A DNA stretch of 29,139 bases from a virus (Duplodnaviria; Caudoviricetes): IMG/VR virus record IMGVR_UViG_3300044825_000063, positions 1 through 29,139 of that record. One strand, written 5' to 3'. Positions 24,014 through 29,139 of this stretch are shown here, one piece after another; within the stretch, counting starts at the first letter, position 1; each line of letters begins with the position of its first letter. The notes below the pieces were generated by a model that searched no databases, was not told the DNA's origin, and was given only the letters and a program-made list of their open reading frames with translations. The translations under genes were made by a program, and so were the position numbers.

Positions 24014-25335
24014 TCCTGCCCTATCGCCCACGCAAGGCGTTCATGCCATTCCATGAGCGCACTAAACGCTGGGCCTGCCTTGTCGCACACCGCCGCGCAG
24101 GCAAGACAGTCGCCGCCGTCAACGACATGATCCGCGCTGCTGCGATGTACCAGCAGCCTTACGGACTATTTGGTTACGTCGCCCCGTACCGCAGTCAGGC
24201 AAAGGCCGTGGCGTGGCAATACTTCAAGGACGGCGCACACCCCATCGTGCAGTCCATCAACGAGCAAGAACTGACTATCACGCTAATCAACGGCAGTCAG
24301 ATACGCCTGTTCGGTGCCGACAACGCTGATGCCATGCGCGGCCTTGGATTTTCGGGGCTGTATCTTGACGAGTACGGTGATTTTAAGCCGAGCGTGTTCG
24401 GGAACGTGTTGAGAGCGTCCCTGTCAGACAAGCAGGGTTGGTGCGTTTTCGGCGGTACACCGAAAGGCAAAAACCAGTTCTGGGAAATTTACGATACCGC
24501 CACTCGTCTCCCTAGCGAGTGGTTCCTGTTGCGCTTACCCGCCTCAACCAGCGGGCTTCTCCCGGCGACAGAGCTAGCCGCCGCTAAAGCGCAGTTGGCC
24601 GAGGATCAGTACTTACAGGAGTACGAATGCTCATTTGAAGCAGCAATCCTCGGCGCTTTTTTCGGAAAAGAGATGCGAGAGGCGCAAGATCAGGGCCGCA
24701 TCACCAACGTACCGCACGACCCCAACCTGCCGGTGTATACGGGTTGGGACTTGGGTTTCCGCGACGACACGGCCATTTGGTTCTATCAGGTCGCCCGTGG
24801 CGAGGTGCGCGTCATAGACTTTTACGCCGTCTCGGGCGAGGACATTCACACGATTGCCGATGTGGTACGCATTAAGCCGTACCGCTATGCCAAGCACTAC
24901 CTGCCGCATGACGCTCGGGCTAAGAGCTTACAGACCGGGCGCAGTATCGTGGAGCAACTTGCCGCCCAACTAGACATCGCCAAACTTGCCGTTGTCCCCG
25001 ACATCGGTGTGCAGTCAGGCATCCAAGCGGTACGCATGATGCTGCCGCGTGTGTGGTTTGACGCGACCAAGTGCAGCGATGGCATTGAGGCGCTGCGCCA
25101 ATACCAACGCGAGTACGACGAGGATAAGAAAGCCTATCGTCAGTCACCACGCCACGATTGGACATCACACCCTAGTGACGCCTTTAGAATGGTTGCGGTA
25201 TCATGGAGTGAAGTCGCTGACAAGCCCCCAGCGCCAGAGGTCAAGCCGCTGATGGTGGGGCCGCAGAACACAGTCACGTTAAACGATATGTGGGCGGTTC
25301 ACGACCGCACGACGACAAGGAGAGCAAGGATATGA
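23995..25335 (+). CDS. terL: Terminase large subunit
   Basis: Walker A HRRAGKT, Walker B LYLDE, GTPKG coupling motif, GWDLG nuclease motif and HDWTSHPSDAFR. Confidence 0.97.
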   Translation: MDGSRIILPYRPRKAFMPFHERTKRWACLVAHRRAGKTVAAVNDMIRAAAMYQQPYGLFGYVAPYRSQAKAVAWQYFKDGAHPIVQSINEQELTITLINGSQIRLFGADNADAMRGLGFSGLYLDEYGDFKPSVFGNVLRASLSDKQGWCVFGGTPKGKNQFWEIYDTATRLPSEWFLLRLPASTSGLLPATELAAAKAQLAEDQYLQEYECSFEAAILGAFFGKEMREAQDQGRITNVPHDPNLPVYTGWDLGFRDDTAIWFYQVARGEVRVIDFYAVSGEDIHTIADVVRIKPYRYAKHYLPHDARAKSLQTGRSIVEQLAAQLDIAKLAVVPDIGVQSGIQAVRMMLPRVWFDATKCSDGIEALRQYQREYDEDKKAYRQSPRHDWTSHPSDAFRMVAVSWSEVADKPPAPEVKPLMVGPQNTVTLNDMWAVHDRTTTRRARI

Positions 25336-25634
25336 GCATTGTCAGCCCGAATCGTTACCCCTACGAGACAGTAGCCGCCTCGCAGACCGCACAGGTACTC
25401 GGTGGCACAGGTGCCGTGGGTGACTACCTTCATCGCATCGTGGTTACGGTCACGACGACCGGCAGCAGCACGTTAAGCGTTTTGGACGGCAGCACGACCG
25501 TCCTGACGATGGCTGCCAACACTCCGGTGGGCGTGTACAGCATTGAAGTCAACGCCGCCTCGGCTACCGGCCCGTGGGCAGTCACGACCGGCGCAGGGCT
25601 TGCGGTTATGGCTGTTGGATTCTTCACGGCCTGA
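25332..25634 (+). CDS. Small beta-rich probable virion protein
   Basis: AAGGA RBS and ATGA overlap with terL; Thr/Val/Ala/Gly-rich, 100 aa. Confidence 0.7.
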   Translation: MSIVSPNRYPYETVAASQTAQVLGGTGAVGDYLHRIVVTVTTTGSSTLSVLDGSTTVLTMAANTPVGVYSIEVNAASATGPWAVTTGAGLAVMAVGFFTA

Positions 25635-25636
25635 TT

Positions 25637-27658
25637 ATGGAAGGCGTACTGCAACCGGAACTGGAAAAGTATCTCCGTACTATCGCGCAGTACGACAACG
25701 AGTTTGCCAAATGGCAGGCCCGTACCAAGAAGATCGTTAAGCGTTACCGCGACGATAGCCGTGGGCAGGGTGGCAACGAGGCTGCTCGCTTTAACATCCT
25801 CTGGTCAAACGTCCAGACGCTAAAGCCTGCCGTTTACGCCAAACTCCCTAAAGCCGACGTATCACGCCGGTTCGGGGACAACGACCCGGTAGGCCGCGTG
25901 GCTGGCTTGCTCCTTGAGCGGGCCATTGATTTTGAGATTGAACATTACGCTGACTTCCGCTCCACCATGTCGTACAGCGTGGAGGATCGGTTCCTCGGTG
26001 GCCGTGGCACGGCATGGGTGCGCTATGAGCCGCACGTTGCCCCCATCGGCATTGAGGACGACGGCGTATCCATCACCTCCAACATTGAGCAGGGTGAGGG
26101 TGCGCCGCCTAACCTAGAGCAGATTGAGTACGAGTGCGCCCCAACCGATTACGTCCATTGGCGTGATTTCGGCCACTCACAGGCTCGCACATGGGAAGAA
26201 GTCACCTGCGTGTGGCGCTGGGTGTACATGACCCGCGAGGCGTTGGCAGAGCGGTTTGGCGACGAGATGGCTCGCAAGATACCGCTAGACCAAGGCCCAG
26301 AGCCGCTGAACGCTTACAACGAGGCCAAGCGCACTTACAACCGTGCCAAGATTTGTGAACTGTGGGACAAGGAAACCGAGAGGGTGTACTGGTTCTGCAA
26401 GGGAATGCCGCAGATCATTGACGTTCGTGATGATCCGCTCGGCCTTGAGGGATTCTTCCCCTGCCCGAAACCGCTCTTTGCCACGACGACTAGCGACACG
26501 CTGGTGCCGGTGCCTGACTTCCTGCTGTACCAAGATCAGGCGATGGAGTTGGACATCCTGTCTGACCGCATTGATGGCTTGGTGAAGGCGCTGCGTGTGC
26601 GTGGCGTTTACGACGCCAGCCAGCCTGCGCTGCAACGCTTGATGACGGAGGGCGACAACAATGCGCTTATTCCAGTTGATAAGTGGATGGCTTTCAGCGA
26701 GAAAGGCGGCCTTAAAGGCAGCATTGACCTTCTCCCGCTGGACACGCTCGCCAACGCCCTCCTCAACTGCTACCGAGCAAGAGAGGACATCAAGTCCCAA
26801 ATCTACGAAATCACGGGCATCTCGGACATCATCCGTGGGACATCCTTCGCGTCGGAGACTGCAACGGCGCAACAAATCAAAGGGCAATACGCAGGATTGA
26901 GACTGCGTTCTATGCAGGAGGACGTAGCCCTTTACGCCTCTGAATTGATACGCCTCAAGGCACAGGTCATGTGCCGACACTTCCAGCCCGAGACGATCCT
27001 TGCCTACGCTGCTGCGGGGCAGATGTCGCCAGCGGATCAGCAGTTGATCCCGCAGGCGCTGGAACTGCTCAAAGACAAGCCGCTGCGTAACTTCCGCGTG
27101 GACATTGCCGCCGACAGCCTTGTGATGCTGGACGAAAACCAGATGAAGCAAGACCGTATGCAGTTCTTGCAGGCATTTGGTGGCTTCCTCGCTCAAGCAT
27201 TGCCGGTTGGTCAGGCCAGCCCGCAGATGGTGCCGATGATGATGGAGTTGCTGCGCTTTGGTATGCAGGCATTTAAGGCTGCAAGACCGATTGAAGGGCA
27301 GATTGACTCCACGTTGCAGCAGTTGCAGCAGGCTGCCGCCCAACAACAGCCCGATGGTGAGCAGCAAGGCAAGCAGGCCGAGTTGCAGCAGAAGGGTCAA
27401 ATGGAAGCGTCCAAGATGCAGATGGAATCTGCGCTCACGCAGGCCAAGATGCAGCATGAGATGCAGATGGAACAACTGCGTAACCAAGCCAAGATGGCGA
27501 TGGAACAGCAGAAGATGGACTTTGAGGCACGCTTAAAGGCGGCAGAACTGCAACAGAAGCAGGCTGCTGACCGTTATAAGGCTGACCTTGACGCCCAGAC
27601 CAAGCTCATCATCGCGCAGATGGGCAAAACCATGCCAACCCCCTCATTTGAGCAATGA
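25637..27658 (+). CDS. Portal protein
   Basis: 673 aa after TerL; FNILWSN, YEITGISDIIRG...ETATAQQIK; Q-rich C-terminal coiled coil like the P22 portal barrel. Confidence 0.9.
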   Translation: MEGVLQPELEKYLRTIAQYDNEFAKWQARTKKIVKRYRDDSRGQGGNEAARFNILWSNVQTLKPAVYAKLPKADVSRRFGDNDPVGRVAGLLLERAIDFEIEHYADFRSTMSYSVEDRFLGGRGTAWVRYEPHVAPIGIEDDGVSITSNIEQGEGAPPNLEQIEYECAPTDYVHWRDFGHSQARTWEEVTCVWRWVYMTREALAERFGDEMARKIPLDQGPEPLNAYNEAKRTYNRAKICELWDKETERVYWFCKGMPQIIDVRDDPLGLEGFFPCPKPLFATTTSDTLVPVPDFLLYQDQAMELDILSDRIDGLVKALRVRGVYDASQPALQRLMTEGDNNALIPVDKWMAFSEKGGLKGSIDLLPLDTLANALLNCYRAREDIKSQIYEITGISDIIRGTSFASETATAQQIKGQYAGLRLRSMQEDVALYASELIRLKAQVMCRHFQPETILAYAAAGQMSPADQQLIPQALELLKDKPLRNFRVDIAADSLVMLDENQMKQDRMQFLQAFGGFLAQALPVGQASPQMVPMMMELLRFGMQAFKAARPIEGQIDSTLQQLQQAAAQQQPDGEQQGKQAELQQKGQMEASKMQMESALTQAKMQHEMQMEQLRNQAKMAMEQQKMDFEARLKAAELQQKQAADRYKADLDAQTKLIIAQMGKTMPTPSFEQ

Positions 27659-28002
27659 AACGCACCTACGTTTTCATAGACGGCGAGTTTGTAGAGCGTA
27701 AAAAGGACGCCAAGGGGCGTTATCACTACGTTATGCCCGACATCGTGCCGTACAAAAGCATGATTGACGGCAAGATGGTCACCTCACGCTCGGAACACCG
27801 ACGCCACCTCAAGGCCAACAACTGCATTGAGGTCGGCAATGAAGATCCGAGCAAGCACGTTCGGCGCGAAAAGCCGGTAGACACGCGCCTTGAGCGCATT
27901 AAGCACATGGTCAACACCCGACTGACCAACGAGCAAGCAGATCGCATACTGCGCGACCTGCGCCAACACGCGAATTTCACCAATCCCCACAGGAGAGGCT
28001 AA
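27655..28002 (+). CDS. Conserved phage hypothetical protein
   Basis: PYKSMIDGKMVTSRSEHRRHLKANNCIEVGNE motif; ATGA overlap; between portal and scaffold. Confidence 0.75.
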   Translation: MKRTYVFIDGEFVERKKDAKGRYHYVMPDIVPYKSMIDGKMVTSRSEHRRHLKANNCIEVGNEDPSKHVRREKPVDTRLERIKHMVNTRLTNEQADRILRDLRQHANFTNPHRRG

Positions 28003-28003
28003 C

Positions 28004-29011
28004 GTGGACGAGCAGATGGAACGAGAAGAAGCCCCACAGGCTGATGTCGTAGACCGCCGAGCGATTCTTGAGCAGGGTTTAGAGGCGGCAGAGCGTGGCG
28101 AACCCATTGAACCCGTTGCCCGTGACGGCAAGGGGCGTTTCGCTACGCCGAAAGCAGCAGAACCCGCTGACGAACCGCAGGTGGAGGAAGAACCGCCCAT
28201 CTGGAAGCGTCCCCCGGCGTCGTGGAAAAAGGATTATCACGAGGTTTGGCAGAAAGCCGACCCCAAGATGCAGGAATACGCATGGCAGCGTGAGGAGCAA
28301 ATGCGTGCGGGCGTGGAACCGCTGCTCTCCAAGGCGCAGTTTGCCGATGCGATGCAGGAAGCCATCTCCCCGTATATGCAAACGATACAGGGGCTTGGCT
28401 TAACGCCTGACAAGGCTGTGGCTGCGCTGATGGACGCTGACCACAAACTACGTAACAGCGACCCGCAAGCCAAGTTGCAGTATTTCGCGCAATTAGCGCA
28501 GTCCTACGGCATCAACCTTGGCGCGATGCAAGGCCAGCCCGCCCAACAGGGTCAGGCAGCACCGCAATCGGTTGACCCGATGGTGTGGCAGTTGCAGAAC
28601 GAATTGAACAAAGTCCGTGGCGAGGTCATGGGCTGGAAACAACAGCAGGAGATGGCCGAAAACCAGACCCTGCTAAACGAGATCAACCAATTTAGTTTGA
28701 AGGCCGAGCATTTTGAGGATGTCCGACCGGCGATGATCCAACTCCTACAGAGTGGGATGGCGCAGACGTTGGATGAAGCCTATGAGAAGGCCATCAGACT
28801 TGACCCTAACTTGTTTGAGCAGGTGAGCAAGGCCCAACAGGCCGAGATCGTTGCCAAGCAAGCCAAAGAGGCCAACAAGGCCGCGAAAGCGGCCAGAGCA
28901 GCAGCGGTGAGTGTCAGAAGCGCCACACCCGGCGTGAACACGGCTCCCAAGGCGGCAAATCGTCGCGCACTCCTAGAGGAAGCATTTTCCGAAACAGAGT
29001 CGCGTTTGTAA
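28004..29011 (+). CDS. Capsid scaffolding protein
   Basis: AGGAGAGG RBS, GTG start; acidic N-terminus with RDGKGRFA; helical Q/A/E/K composition; directly before the capsid gene. Confidence 0.82.
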   Translation: MDEQMEREEAPQADVVDRRAILEQGLEAAERGEPIEPVARDGKGRFATPKAAEPADEPQVEEEPPIWKRPPASWKKDYHEVWQKADPKMQEYAWQREEQMRAGVEPLLSKAQFADAMQEAISPYMQTIQGLGLTPDKAVAALMDADHKLRNSDPQAKLQYFAQLAQSYGINLGAMQGQPAQQGQAAPQSVDPMVWQLQNELNKVRGEVMGWKQQQEMAENQTLLNEINQFSLKAEHFEDVRPAMIQLLQSGMAQTLDEAYEKAIRLDPNLFEQVSKAQQAEIVAKQAKEANKAAKAARAAAVSVRSATPGVNTAPKAANRRALLEEAFSETESRL

Positions 29012-29034
29012 TTAACTGATGAAGGAGTAATCAA

Positions 29035-29139
29035 ATGGCATTTGCCAACTCAAGCATCAGCGACATCATTGCCACGACTATTCAGAGCCGTAGCGGTGAA
29101 CTCGCTGACAACGTGACGAACAACAATGCGTTGCTTCGT
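29035..29139 (+). CDS. Major capsid protein, 5' part (runs off the window)
   Basis: AAGGAG RBS; MAFANSSISDIIATTIQSRSGELADNVTNNNALLR; follows the scaffold. Confidence 0.85.
   Translation, partial: MAFANSSISDIIATTIQSRSGELADNVTNNNALLR

Larger units (their letters stand above)
1..29139. mobile_element. Tailed bacteriophage genome segment (podovirus-like structural genes, lambdoid-type early region)
   Basis: Terminase, portal, scaffold, capsid start, tail fibre, holin, lysozyme, ERF/YqaJ and cro in phage-typical order. No host housekeeping genes, and no tape-measure or sheath gene in the window. Confidence 0.97.

Noticed and set aside
26285-27487. 400-aa minus-strand ORF
   Set aside because: Shadow of the portal gene; Leu/His-rich mirror of Gln/Met codons.

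Overview
The whole window is a tailed-phage genome segment with P22/podovirus-like morphogenesis and a lambdoid-style divergent early region. Gene order: end of a GNAT-like head-assembly gene; putative DNA-ejection proteins (328-6672); tail fibre/Gly-rich module with a 2OG-Fe(II) oxygenase (6683-11615); lysis cassette (11612-13177); leftward early operon (18070 to 13167) with small early proteins, ERF, YqaJ exonuclease, SSB-like protein, glycosyltransferase, NinB and YbcO; divergent promoters and a cro gene missed by the ORF track; a structured non-coding block (18354-18675); HNH; methyltransferase/VRR-NUC/glycosyltransferase/methyltransferase; ferritin-like and small basic genes; an ART-like gene; TerS, TerL, portal, scaffold and the start of the major capsid gene. 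I recognise no CI repressor, integrase, initiator, helicase, primase or polymerase. The most interesting signal lies where lambdoid phages carry cII-O-P. There, a predicted ~76-nt antisense RNA with its own sigma70 promoter and terminator sits beside a multi-stem sense RNA ending in G6-TA-G6. This suggests, by inference only, an antisense-controlled, RNA-primed replication origin. All product calls come from motif recognition by eye; no database search was run.
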